Assembly: GCA_032250835.1 (NCBI GenBank)
Contig: JAVVEA010000006.1
Coordinates: 32,001-96,000, forward strand
DNA from: a bacterium
GTDB taxonomy: Bacteria > SAR324 > XYD2-FULL-50-16
Direction of reading: 5' to 3'
Length of the DNA: 64,000 nucleotides
In this document: one piece after another, positions 40,050-50,007 of the stretch
Position numbering within the stretch: position 1 is the stretch's first letter
Layout: each line of letters begins with the position of its first letter
The notes under the pieces: model-generated
What the model was told of the DNA's origin: nothing
What the model saw: the letters and a program-made list of their open reading frames with translations, nothing else
Database searches by the model: none
Program-made: the position numbers and the translations under genes

Positions 40050-41158
40050 GACGTCGAGGGCTGTTTAAGTTCCTGGTGAGCTGCTCCTTGTTGGTCTGGG
40101 GCTGGGCTCCGCTGCTGGCGGCGGACCTGGATTCGGAGTTACATGACTTAGAAGATTTCAGCCGAGCCCTTTCGGTGATCGAAACCCAGTCCTTATACCC
40201 TAGGGAGCACAAAGAACTGATCGATGCGGCCATTTCAGGTATGCTCAAGGACCTGGACCCCTACTCGAACCTGCTGGACGCCCAGGGGTTTGAACGGGTC
40301 AAAGAGGTGAGCAAAGGCCGCAATTTTGGGGTGGGCTTAAGCTTGGCCCCGGTCGGAGCGGACCTCGTCATCACGCGTGTGGTGCCTGGCACGCCGGCGG
40401 CTCTAGCGGGGCTCAAGCGGGGGCAAAAGGTGAAGGCCGTCAATGGCCAGCCCATCGACTCCTTCGACGCCAAGGCACTCTCGGACTTGCGCTTTGATGG
40501 GGCCCCGCTCAAACTCACCTTGAGTTCCGGGCAGCAGTTGACGCTGCAAAAAACTTGGTATGACAACCCCGGCATGCGCTTTCAGCGGCCACAGCCAGGG
40601 ATTTTGGTCGCCGAAGTGCCCGAATTTTTTGTGGACACGCCCACTCAACTGGCGGCAGAACTCCTGCGAGAACCGCCCCAGACACTCATCTTAGATCTGC
40701 GCGACAACCCCGGCGGTTTGGTCTTTTCGGCCGTAGAAACGGCGGAACTGCTGGTCGGGCCGGGACCCATCGTGGAGACGCGGGACCGCCAGGGAAAACG
40801 CTTGGAAAGCTTTTTGGCCCGTCAGCCGCCGGTGGTGCCCTTAAAAAAGCTGGTGTTGCTGCTCAACGGAAATTCAGCCAGCGCCGCCGAAATCTTGGCC
40901 CAGAGCCTAAAGGAGCGGGGTGTCGCGGTCTTGGTCGGCGAGTTGAGCTTTGGTAAGGGAGTGGTGCAGACGCTCTTCCCGCTGGGGCGCGAGCGCTTTG
41001 CTTTACTGACGGTGGCCCGGTATTATGGGCCCTCGGGCAAAAGCTTTCATGGACAAGGGATCACCCCCGATTGGGCGGTAAAGGACAACCTCCAGGCAGA
41101 GCGCTGGGGACCAGAAGACCCGATTTATCAAAGGGCCCTTAAATTAGCCGTTCCTTAG
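40046..41158 (+). CDS. S41 carboxyl-terminal processing protease (PDZ)
   Basis: LDPYS, PDZ, LILDLRDNPGG, SASAAEI, SFGKGVVQ; start at ATG 40046 with a signal peptide. Confidence 0.92.
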   Translation: MRRRGLFKFLVSCSLLVWGWAPLLAADLDSELHDLEDFSRALSVIETQSLYPREHKELIDAAISGMLKDLDPYSNLLDAQGFERVKEVSKGRNFGVGLSLAPVGADLVITRVVPGTPAALAGLKRGQKVKAVNGQPIDSFDAKALSDLRFDGAPLKLTLSSGQQLTLQKTWYDNPGMRFQRPQPGILVAEVPEFFVDTPTQLAAELLREPPQTLILDLRDNPGGLVFSAVETAELLVGPGPIVETRDRQGKRLESFLARQPPVVPLKKLVLLLNGNSASAAEILAQSLKERGVAVLVGELSFGKGVVQTLFPLGRERFALLTVARYYGPSGKSFHGQGITPDWAVKDNLQAERWGPEDPIYQRALKLAVP

Positions 41159-41490
41159 CCGGAAATGTTCATGGCGCGGATGTCTAGCAGCAGCCGCTCA
41201 AGCAGCGGGATTTGGCCCACCGCGTCGAGTTTGCCGATCTCTATCTCTTTGGCTACGTTCGAGGGGGCAATGATCCCGTAATTGATGGTCGAGCCTTTGA
41301 TGTCGTGGGCTACCGCAGAGGTCTGCTGGGCATCACCGGCTTCAGCGGCGGCTTTTAAGTTGGGGATCTTGGAGAGGGCATCGTCGAGCACGTCGTCGAT
41401 CATCTCGACCAACTCTTCGGGCTCTAGGCCCATCCGCTCGGCAGCTTCGTCGATGTCGCGCAGGATTTGTTCTTTCGGGGGCGTTTCCAT
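41155..41490 (-). CDS. Hpt (histidine phosphotransfer) domain protein
   Basis: AHDIKGS motif; 111 aa. Confidence 0.85.
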   Translation of the reverse strand: METPPKEQILRDIDEAAERMGLEPEELVEMIDDVLDDALSKIPNLKAAAEAGDAQQTSAVAHDIKGSTINYGIIAPSNVAKEIEIGKLDAVGQIPLLERLLLDIRAMNISG

Positions 41491-41653
41491 AGGCTCTTTA
41501 ATTCTAAGGGTTGCCAGTCCAGAATAGCCAAACCTACAAAATCCGCAAGATTAAATTGGTCTAGAATTAGGGCTAGTATGGATTCTGCATTGCTTAGGCG
41601 AACTGCTGGGTCCGCTACGGGCTTGAGTTGAACCCTCTTGAGTGCCTAAAAAG

Positions 41654-42025
41654 ATGAAATTTAAGTTGATCCTCTGCTTGCTCCTGCTGGTCTTCACGGC
41701 GCCCCTGATGGCGCAATCGGTGGTGGTAGACCAACGTGACCAATTTCGAGACATCGAGAATTTGATCAAGCTGATCGAAAAGGCCCGTGAAAACGGCCTG
41801 AGTGATGAGGAGATCAAACAGCTGAACCTCCGCGAGCAGGGCGGCGACATCAACGTGATGGAATACATCGAAGCCTTCCGCCTTAAAAAGCGTCTTAAGG
41901 ACCAAAAATTACAGGCTTTTTTAGAAAAGCGTTTCCTTACGGTGACCGATATTTTCAACGAATTGGTCAACATGGAACCCGAACAACTTGAAAAACTGCG
42001 CGAGGAATTGACTAGTGACTACTAA
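41654..42025 (+). CDS. Secreted hypothetical protein
   Basis: Signal peptide MKFKLILCLLLLVFTAPLMA; charged helical mature part. Confidence 0.7.
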   Translation: MKFKLILCLLLLVFTAPLMAQSVVVDQRDQFRDIENLIKLIEKARENGLSDEEIKQLNLREQGGDINVMEYIEAFRLKKRLKDQKLQAFLEKRFLTVTDIFNELVNMEPEQLEKLREELTSDY

Positions 42026-42722
42026 ACCTGCGTTCAACCTTGCCGGGCTGCCTGGGGTGGGTAAGACCAGCTTGATCGAAGGGCTATTGAGCTTGCTCAA
42101 AACTCAAGGGAAAAACCCGGCGGGATTTAAACCCTTTGACGCTGGGCTGATTGCGGACAACGCCCTTGAGCGGCGCAGTGATTGCGAGCGGATCGCTGCC
42201 TTGATGAGCTTTGAGCCCGCCTTGGGGTTGATCACTCCATATACGGGCCACGAAGACTACCCTATTGAGCTGGCTCTGCGGCGTGATGGCACCCGGGTGG
42301 ACTGGAAGTTTTTGAACAGCCGGCGCAAGATTTTGTTGGAGCATTATGATCTCTGTTTGAGCGAGATGCCCGGCGGCTTAGCCACGCCGTTGACGGAGCA
42401 AAAATCGGTGATCGATTGGCTCAAGGAAACCGGCGACCCCTTGATTTACCTAATCCGCCCCGAGCCCAGCGGCCTGAACCAGATGTTGTTGGAATTGGAG
42501 CTGCTCAACCGCAGCGGGTTGGATTACCACCTGATCTTCTGCAACCTTGAGCGTAGCTTAGACGGAGATTGGATCTTTTATCAGTGGGAAAAGGCCGAAG
42601 CGCTGGCCCAGCGCCAAGCGATGGGTATGTTGCCCTTCTTAAAAGACCCCAGCCCAAAAGCGTTGGGCCAGGCCATTGAAACGCACCTGCCCAAGCTAGT
42701 GGAACTCTGCCTGGGGCTCTAA
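42015..42722 (+). CDS. bioD: Dethiobiotin synthase-like P-loop protein
   Basis: GVGKT P-loop; GFKPF; EMPGGLATPL (divergent EGAGG). Confidence 0.7.
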   Translation: MTTKPAFNLAGLPGVGKTSLIEGLLSLLKTQGKNPAGFKPFDAGLIADNALERRSDCERIAALMSFEPALGLITPYTGHEDYPIELALRRDGTRVDWKFLNSRRKILLEHYDLCLSEMPGGLATPLTEQKSVIDWLKETGDPLIYLIRPEPSGLNQMLLELELLNRSGLDYHLIFCNLERSLDGDWIFYQWEKAEALAQRQAMGMLPFLKDPSPKALGQAIETHLPKLVELCLGL

Positions 42723-43501
42723 CCTTTGGGTTCGGGCACCGGCATTTTGGGCATCTTTTTTAAGAACTTATCAAAGGCTAGGCCTTTATTCTTAAAGACC
42801 AAAGACCCGTCTCGGTAGAGGGCAATCTCTTGGCCTAGGCCTTTGCAGAAATAGACCGGAATCGTGAGCTTTTTCTCGTGCTTTAAGACTTCGGCCTCGG
42901 TATCGGTGACCACGCTGTTGGCGGTGCTGCCGTTATACTCCACAATGATCCCGGTCTTTTTCTTTTCCATAAACTGGCTCTTGCCTTTGAGGCCCGCCAG
43001 GGTTTTGACTGGAGACTTGCAGCGGCGCAGGGTAGTCAAAACGTTGGCGCGGAACTCGCTGTGGTCGAACTCGCCATTGTAAACCTGCACATCGTTGGGG
43101 CCAGTAAAGAGGGCGTATCCGTGGCCTTCGGGCAGCGGGGTCCAGTGCATCAAGGCCGAATCGCCTAAGCGCTTTTGGTTTTTTAGTTTTTCGTCGGGGC
43201 TGAGGTCGTTGGCCGGGTTCTTGGGCCTCTTTTCGGCCTTCTTATCTTTCTTCTCATCCTCTGCAGGCGGGGATTCGCCGGACCTAAGGTTGGAGTAGCC
43301 ATAACAAACCACCAAGTTGGCTAACTTGGTGATCCAACCGTTTTTAAGTAGGTTGATGAAGTCTTGCAGCTTGGCGCATTCTTCACAGTGGGTGTTGATG
43401 TTGACCACCAAGACCACCCCCTTTCCTTCTACTTGGGAGGCTAACGCATTGAATGCGTTGGCCGGGTAGTTCCCACCCAGTTGTTTGATCCGCTTGGTCA
43501 T
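42719..43501 (-). CDS. Hypothetical Lys-rich protein with thioredoxin-like CxxC
   Basis: VVLVVNINTHCEECAKL; 260 aa. Confidence 0.6.
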   Translation of the reverse strand: MTKRIKQLGGNYPANAFNALASQVEGKGVVLVVNINTHCEECAKLQDFINLLKNGWITKLANLVVCYGYSNLRSGESPPAEDEKKDKKAEKRPKNPANDLSPDEKLKNQKRLGDSALMHWTPLPEGHGYALFTGPNDVQVYNGEFDHSEFRANVLTTLRRCKSPVKTLAGLKGKSQFMEKKKTGIIVEYNGSTANSVVTDTEAEVLKHEKKLTIPVYFCKGLGQEIALYRDGSLVFKNKGLAFDKFLKKMPKMPVPEPKG

Positions 43502-43628
43502 GGCCGACGCCCCCTATGATTGAATACCCGCTTCCTTGCAAATTAGGCGGTTTTTGACTAAGTATCAGGTTCGGTGAGGCTTGCCAAGCAGGCGCCTCAT
43601 GGGGGCAAAAAATGCAATCAAGCAGCTC

Positions 43629-44549
43629 ATGGACCTGATCTATAAACCCTTTACAAACCAAGAGCTGACTGGCTCCTGGGCCGTACTGATCGGGAATTTT
43701 GATGGCTTCCACCGGGGGCATCAGGTCCTGGCTCGGCGCTTGTGTGAAGAATCCAAGCGGTTAGGGGCCAAGTCGGCAATCTTGACCTTTGACCCGCACC
43801 CGAAACAGGTCTTACAACCGACCATCCCTTTTTATCAGCTTTATCCAAACGAATCCAAGTGGCGGCTGATCGAACAGGCCGGGCTGGATGCCTGTTTGAT
43901 TGCCCCCTTCACCCATAAATTTTCGGCCCTAGCCGCCGAAGACTTCTTAGACCGCCTCTTTCGGTACATTGACCTCAAGAAACTCTTGGTGGGCTATGAC
44001 TTTAACTTCGGCAAAGGCCGCGAGGGCGGTGCCCATCTGCTAGAGCAGGTCTGCCGTAGCCGCGGGATCGAGTTTGAAAAGATGGCCCCTGTCAAGTTGG
44101 ACGGACTGACCGTGAGCAGCACCATGATCCGCCGCTTGCTCTTTGAAGGCGATTTTATCTCGGCCGAAAAGTTCTTAGGCCGCCGCTGGGCCATTGAAGG
44201 CGCGGTGATGCCCGGCCACCGCAAAGGACATGACTTAGGTTTTCCGACGCTCAACCTGCCCAGTGCGGCTCCCTTGCCGCTTAGGCTGGGGGTTTACCAA
44301 TGTGAAGTGGCGCTGGGAGGAAAGTTATATCCGGGGGTTTGCAATCTGGGCTTTAAGCCTACCTTCGAAGGGCAGTCGTTGGTTACCGAGGCCCATCTCT
44401 TTGGGTTTGACCGCGAAGCCTACGGCGAGTGGATTCAGGTCTTCCCGATTAAGTTTCTGCGCGAAGAAGAACGCTTCGGCAGCTTCGAGGCCCTCTCCCG
44501 CCAGATCGCCGTTGATGTGGCGTTAGCCAAGGAGCTATTTGGGCGCTAA
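43629..44549 (+). CDS. ribF: Bifunctional riboflavin kinase/FAD synthetase
   Basis: IGNFDGFHRGH, VGYDFNFG, VSSTMIR, LGFPTLN, EAHLF. Confidence 0.96.
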   Translation: MDLIYKPFTNQELTGSWAVLIGNFDGFHRGHQVLARRLCEESKRLGAKSAILTFDPHPKQVLQPTIPFYQLYPNESKWRLIEQAGLDACLIAPFTHKFSALAAEDFLDRLFRYIDLKKLLVGYDFNFGKGREGGAHLLEQVCRSRGIEFEKMAPVKLDGLTVSSTMIRRLLFEGDFISAEKFLGRRWAIEGAVMPGHRKGHDLGFPTLNLPSAAPLPLRLGVYQCEVALGGKLYPGVCNLGFKPTFEGQSLVTEAHLFGFDREAYGEWIQVFPIKFLREEERFGSFEALSRQIAVDVALAKELFGR

Positions 44550-45186
44550 ACTTCTCTTGTTGGTTTTTGCTCTCCTTTGGTCCACCCCCCTTTGGGCCGC
44601 TTGGCCCGATGGGCTAACGCTGGGCGGGTTGGTCCGCGCCGGGGGCTTTGCGCTAGATGGGCAAACTCAAGAACAGGCCCCAGCAGGCCCCAGTTTCCAA
44701 GAAAAACAGGCCGAAAACAGCCTGGGTTCTTACCTATTGGTGGAGCATTGGCTGAATCCGCTGTTCTTTTATGGTTATCAGTACCACCATTATTTACTGT
44801 CCATCGAAGGGATTGAAGAAACCGAAAGTATCCGGCTCAACGAGCATTTCTTCACCATTGGCGGCGCTTGGCGGCACCAAGACCGCCGCAATAGGGTCTA
44901 TAGGGTAGGCTTAGTGGCAGGGGTGGGGCAGGCGAGTTATAAAAACCAATATTTTCTCCACCCCTCTGATGGCGGTGAGGACCAATCTTGGTCCTTTAAG
45001 AGCCAGGGTAACTTGGTACGGCTAGAGCTATTTTTTCAGGCCCAAATCAGCAGCGGTTGGGGCTACCGGGCGGGTTATGCGACTCAGTCAGGGAAGACCC
45101 AAGGCCACTTGAACGGTTCTGCCGTGGATTTGTCGGCCTCACCCTTTTTGTCGATGACCCTGATCTGGACTCCTAAAGGCTTTTAA
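44539..45186 (+). CDS. Putative outer-membrane beta-barrel protein
   Basis: Signal peptide; alternating beta-strand pattern; terminal Phe. Confidence 0.55.
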   Translation: MGAKLLLLVFALLWSTPLWAAWPDGLTLGGLVRAGGFALDGQTQEQAPAGPSFQEKQAENSLGSYLLVEHWLNPLFFYGYQYHHYLLSIEGIEETESIRLNEHFFTIGGAWRHQDRRNRVYRVGLVAGVGQASYKNQYFLHPSDGGEDQSWSFKSQGNLVRLELFFQAQISSGWGYRAGYATQSGKTQGHLNGSAVDLSASPFLSMTLIWTPKGF

Positions 45187-45320
45187 GAACAGCTTAATGT
45201 GATTGAGTCTGGATTTTTTCCTTACATTTTTCCTCTGGTCTAGTAGGCTGGGGCAGTTTGACCCAGAGGGTTAAAAAAATTTGCCCAAAATCCGCAAAAC
45301 CCCCAATCCACGCCCGCTGA

Positions 45321-46370
45321 ATGGAGCTGATTCTAGAAGACGGCGCGGTCTACTCAGGCCGCCACTTCGGTTACAAAGGTTCGGTCGCCGGTGAGGTGAT
45401 CTTCAACACCGGTATGGTCGGCTACCCAGAGACCCTAACCGATCCTTCCTATCAAGGGCAGATCCTGGTCTTTACCTACCCCTTGATCGGCAACTACGGC
45501 ATCCCTGAATCTCAGGTGATCGACCAGTTGCACCGGCACTTTGAGTCCGACAAGATCCACCTCAAGGGGATCGTGATCACCAGCCTGACCCGTGAGCCCT
45601 CCCATTGGAACGCGGTGCGGACCTTGGAAGACTGGATGATCGAATACAAGATTCCGGGCATTGAAGGCGTCGATACGCGCGCGATCACCAAAAGGCTGCG
45701 CGACAAGGGCACCCAACTGGGCAAGCTGGTCTTTGAAGGCAAGGACCTTCCCTGGTATGACCCGAGCACCGAAAACTTAGTCGCTCAGGTCAGTTGTAAG
45801 GAGCCGATCTTGTACGAAGGCGGAGCCAAACGGGTGATCTTGGTGGATAACGGCTGTAAAAACAACATCATCCGAAATCTACTCAAGCGCGGCGTTTCGG
45901 TTCTGCGGGTTCCTTGGGATTATGACTACACCGGCGAAAAATTCGACGGCGTCTTCTTAAGCAATGGCCCTGGTGATCCGCTTTTGGTGGACAAAGGGGT
46001 CGAGGTCTTAAAGAAGCAGATGAGCCAAGACAAGCCGATTTTTGGTATCTGCATGGGGCACCAGTTGATGGCGCTGGCCGCTGGGGCCCAGAGCTATAAG
46101 CTTAAGTTCGGCCACCACAGCCAAAATCAGCCCTGCATCTTGGTGGGCACTAAGCGCTGCTTCATCACCAGCCAGAACCACAACTACGCCATCGACGACC
46201 AAACTCTGCCGGCCGAATATCATCCTTGGTTTTTTAATGCCAACGACGGCAGCAACGAAGGGGTCAAACATGTCAGTAAACCCTTCTCCAGCGTGCAGTT
46301 CCACCCCGAGGCATGGCCCGGGCCGGTGGACACTGGCTTTTTGTTTGATCACTTTGTAGACTCACTGTAG
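45321..46370 (+). CDS. carA: Carbamoyl-phosphate synthase small subunit
   Basis: GEVIFNTGMVGY, SNGPGDP, GICMGHQ, QFHPE. Confidence 0.97.
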   Translation: MELILEDGAVYSGRHFGYKGSVAGEVIFNTGMVGYPETLTDPSYQGQILVFTYPLIGNYGIPESQVIDQLHRHFESDKIHLKGIVITSLTREPSHWNAVRTLEDWMIEYKIPGIEGVDTRAITKRLRDKGTQLGKLVFEGKDLPWYDPSTENLVAQVSCKEPILYEGGAKRVILVDNGCKNNIIRNLLKRGVSVLRVPWDYDYTGEKFDGVFLSNGPGDPLLVDKGVEVLKKQMSQDKPIFGICMGHQLMALAAGAQSYKLKFGHHSQNQPCILVGTKRCFITSQNHNYAIDDQTLPAEYHPWFFNANDGSNEGVKHVSKPFSSVQFHPEAWPGPVDTGFLFDHFVDSL

Positions 46371-46379
46371 GGGCAGTTC

Positions 46380-49300
46380 ATGGAACCATTAGTCAAAAAA
46401 GTGATCATCCTGGGTTCGGCGGCGCTAAAAATTGGCGAAGCCGGTGAGTTCGATTATTCGGGCAGTCAGGCGATCAAAGCGCTCAAACAAGAAGGGATCA
46501 CCACGATCTTGGTTAATCCCAACATCGCCACGATCCAAACCTCAGACCATCTGGCCGATAAAGTTTATCTCCTGCCGGTAACCCCGGAGTTCATCGAACA
46601 GGTGATCGAAAAGGAACGGCCCGACGGAATCTTGCTCAGCTTTGGCGGCCAAACGGCGCTAAACTGCGGGATGGAGTTGGACCAAAGCGGGGTCTTGGCA
46701 AAATACGGTGTGAAGGTATTGGGAACGCCCGTCTCGGTGATCCAAAAGACCGAAGACCGCCAGGAATTTGCCGACGCCTTAGCCGAGATCGGCGTCTTCG
46801 TGCCCAAATCCAAGGCGGCGAACAACCTCAAAGAGGCCATGGTCATCGCCGAGGAGATCGGCTACCCGATCATGATCCGCCTAGCCTTCGCTTTGGGCGG
46901 GTTGGGCTCTGGGGTCTGCTGGAACGAGAAGGAAGCCAAGGATTTGGCCGGTAAGGCCTTCAGCTACACCAAGCAGATTTTGGTGGAAGAATACCTAAAA
47001 GGCTGGAAGGAAGTGGAATATGAGGTGGTGCGGGATGCCTATGACAACTGCATCACCGTCTGCAACATGGAGAACTTCGACCCCTTAGGCATCCACACCG
47101 GTGAGTCGATTGTGATCGCGCCGAGCCAGACGCTGAGCAACGCCGAATACCATATGCTGCGCGAGGTGGCCATCAAGACGGTGCGGCACCTGGGCGTGAT
47201 CGGTGAGTGTAACATCCAATATGCTTTAAACCCGGTCAGCGAAGAATACCGCGTGATCGAGGTGAACGCGCGGCTTTCGCGCTCTTCGGCCCTGGCTTCG
47301 AAGGCCACCGGCTATCCCTTGGCTTTTGTGGCCGCCAAGTTGGGTTTGGGCTATAGCCTAACGGAGCTAAAGAACTCGATCACCCACAGTACCATGGCCT
47401 GCTTTGAGCCTGCCTTGGATTATGTGGTGGTCAAAATCCCGCGCTGGGACTTAAAGAAGTTCCGCATGGTCAGCACCAAGATCGGCACCAGCATGAAGTC
47501 CGTCGGGGAAGTCATGGCCATCGGTAAGACCTTCCAAGAAGCCCTGCAAAAGGCGCTGCGGATGCTCGACATCGGTGCTTGGGGCTTGGTGACCAACCCC
47601 AACGAGTTGGGCTTTAAGAACAACCGGGAAGAACTGATCCAAGAATTGCAAGCGCCCACCGACGAGCGGGTTTTTGCCATCCCCCAGGCCCTCAAGCTGG
47701 GCATGTCCATCGCAGAAATCCACGACCACACCCGTATCGACCGTTGGTTCTTAAGCAAGATCGCCAACATTGTCCGGGTTGAGCAGTTAGTCGCTCAGTA
47801 CAACGGTGGCATCTGCCCCAAACATGTTTTGAGCGAGGCCAAGCGGGTCGGCTTTTCGGACCCCCAGTTGGGCCAATTGTTGGGCACCACAGAGCGCCAA
47901 GTGCGCCGCCAGCGGATCAATTACGGGATCGTTCCCGCCGTCAAGCAGATCGACACCTTGGCCGGCGAGTACCCCGCCCAGACCAACTATCTCTACCTGA
48001 CTTACAACGGTAGCGAAGACGACATCGTCTTAGGAGACAAGGAATCGGTGGTGGTGCTGGGCTCCGGTACCTACCGCATCGGTAGCTCGGTAGAGTTTGA
48101 CTGGTGCTGCGTAAATGCCGTTAAAACCGTAAAGGCCGAAGGCATCCGTTCGATCTTGATCAACTACAACCCCGAAACGGTCAGTACGGACTATGACGAG
48201 GTGGATCGGCTTTACTTCGACGAGATCCGCTTAGAAACGGTGATGGATATTTACGAGAAGGAAAACCCCAAAGGGATCATCGTTTCGATGGGCGGTCAGG
48301 TGGCCAACAACTTGGCCTTGCCGCTGATGCATTGGGGTGCTCAGGTCTTAGGTACCAGCCCGGTCAAGATCGACATGGCCGAAGACCGCCATAAGTTTTC
48401 TTCTATGCTCGACCAGCTGGGCATCGACCAGCCCCAGTGGCAGGAATTGACCAGCATCGACGCCGCCAAGACCTTCGCCGCCAAAGTGGGCTATCCGGTT
48501 TTGGTGCGGCCCTCTTACGTGCTTTCAGGCGCGGCCATGGGCGTGGCCACTTCTGACGAGGCGATGGAGTCTTATCTTTCTAAAGCCGCCCAGCTCAACG
48601 AAGACCACCCAGTGGTGATCAGTAAGTTTTTGACCAACTGCAAAGAGGTTGAGTTCGACGCGGTGGCCCAGAACGGCGAGATCATCAACTTCGCCATCAG
48701 CGAGCACTTAGAAAACGCCGGGGTCCACTCAGGCGACGCCACCCTGGTCCTGCCGCCCCAGCGCACCTATCTGGAAACGACCCGGCGGATTAAGCGGATC
48801 GCTAGCCAGATTGCCAAGGCTCTAGAGATCACCGGCCCCTTCAACATGCAGTTTTTAGCCAAGGGCAACAGCGTTAAGGTGATCGAGTGTAACTTAAGGG
48901 CCTCACGCAGCTTCCCCTTTGTCTCGAAGGTGACCAAACAAAACCTGATCGCTCAGGCGACCCAGGCGATTTTGGGGCGGCCACTGGAAAAACATACCGA
49001 CAGCTTCTTTGAGCTGAATTATGTGGGCGTTAAGGCCAGCCATTTCTCTTTCACCCGGCTTCTGGGTGCCGACCCGACCTTAGGGGTTGAGATGGCTTCG
49101 ACTGGCGAGGTGGGTTGTTTAGGCGACGACTTCCGCGAGGCGCTGTTAAAGGCCATGCTTTCGGTGGGCTATAAAATGCCTGTTAAGCGCATGTTGCTTT
49201 CCAGCGGGCCTGAGAAAAACAAGGTTGATTTCATGGATACGGTCAGTCAACTGCTGGCCAACGACGTGGAAATCTGGGCGACCAGTGGCACCCATGCCTT

Positions 49301-49583
49301 CTTGGCCCAGCATGACCTAAAGGTCAAGCTAGCGCCTTGGCCTGATGCGGCTCCCGAGGGGACCCCCAACGTGGTGGAAATCTTAGAGTCCATGCCCTTT
49401 GACTTGGTGATCAATATCCCCAAGAATTTCCAGTCCGACGAACTGACCCAGGGGTATCAAGTGCGCCGTCGGGCGGTGGACTTGGCGATTCCTTTGATCA
49501 CTAACTTACAACTGGCCAGCCGTTTCTTAGAAGCCGTCTTAGATAAGCCGGATTTAAAGATCAAGTCCTGGGACGAGTATTGA
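46380..49583 (+). CDS. carB: Carbamoyl-phosphate synthase large subunit
   Basis: GEFDYSGSQA, IEVNARLSRSSALASKATGYP; two ATP-grasp halves; MGS-like C-terminus. Confidence 0.98.
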   Translation: MEPLVKKVIILGSAALKIGEAGEFDYSGSQAIKALKQEGITTILVNPNIATIQTSDHLADKVYLLPVTPEFIEQVIEKERPDGILLSFGGQTALNCGMELDQSGVLAKYGVKVLGTPVSVIQKTEDRQEFADALAEIGVFVPKSKAANNLKEAMVIAEEIGYPIMIRLAFALGGLGSGVCWNEKEAKDLAGKAFSYTKQILVEEYLKGWKEVEYEVVRDAYDNCITVCNMENFDPLGIHTGESIVIAPSQTLSNAEYHMLREVAIKTVRHLGVIGECNIQYALNPVSEEYRVIEVNARLSRSSALASKATGYPLAFVAAKLGLGYSLTELKNSITHSTMACFEPALDYVVVKIPRWDLKKFRMVSTKIGTSMKSVGEVMAIGKTFQEALQKALRMLDIGAWGLVTNPNELGFKNNREELIQELQAPTDERVFAIPQALKLGMSIAEIHDHTRIDRWFLSKIANIVRVEQLVAQYNGGICPKHVLSEAKRVGFSDPQLGQLLGTTERQVRRQRINYGIVPAVKQIDTLAGEYPAQTNYLYLTYNGSEDDIVLGDKESVVVLGSGTYRIGSSVEFDWCCVNAVKTVKAEGIRSILINYNPETVSTDYDEVDRLYFDEIRLETVMDIYEKENPKGIIVSMGGQVANNLALPLMHWGAQVLGTSPVKIDMAEDRHKFSSMLDQLGIDQPQWQELTSIDAAKTFAAKVGYPVLVRPSYVLSGAAMGVATSDEAMESYLSKAAQLNEDHPVVISKFLTNCKEVEFDAVAQNGEIINFAISEHLENAGVHSGDATLVLPPQRTYLETTRRIKRIASQIAKALEITGPFNMQFLAKGNSVKVIECNLRASRSFPFVSKVTKQNLIAQATQAILGRPLEKHTDSFFELNYVGVKASHFSFTRLLGADPTLGVEMASTGEVGCLGDDFREALLKAMLSVGYKMPVKRMLLSSGPEKNKVDFMDTVSQLLANDVEIWATSGTHAFLAQHDLKVKLAPWPDAAPEGTPNVVEILESMPFDLVINIPKNFQSDELTQGYQVRRRAVDLAIPLITNLQLASRFLEAVLDKPDLKIKSWDEY

Positions 49584-49752
49584 GCCGCTCCGCTCTGGGG
49601 TAAATGCCCAGGGTGGGGCTCTTGCTAGCATGAGCATTGGGGCCCAACTGATTCAGTTGATAGGGCTTGTTTTGAAAAAGCTGGACAAGGTTTCTATTGG
49701 AGTGTTAGGGTTAAGTACCTACAGAGGAAACCTTATTTATGGAGGAGGCCCC

Positions 49753-49833
49753 ATGAATCGACTAGCTGACGGCGTCATGTTTTTTTTAGCCCTCTGGGCA
49801 TTGGTCCTAGGTGCAGGTGTCGCTTACCTCTAA
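49753..49833 (+). CDS. 26-aa single-TM small protein MNRLADGVMFFLALWALVLGAGVAYL
   Basis: Strong GGAGGAGG RBS; hairpin TCGAACCC/GGGTTCGA just downstream. Confidence 0.6.
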   Translation: MNRLADGVMFFLALWALVLGAGVAYL

Positions 49834-50007
49834 CTAGGTCGAACCCTGCGGGTTCGATCCCCCTGATTCTTGGCATACTGCCTTGGCTTATGCGGTCAAC
49901 TCAGCTTGACCGCAGCAAAGCCGCTCGATTCTTTCCCCCCTTTAATTGCGGCATTGTCTTTTCCTGTGCTTTGGCATAGAAGAAAAGGAACCCAAACCTT
50001 TGCTGCC

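Noticed and set aside
49838-49862. tRNA fragment or att site (GGGTTCGATCCCC)
   Set aside because: It is explained as one arm of a local hairpin and does not match the 3' end of any tRNA in the window.
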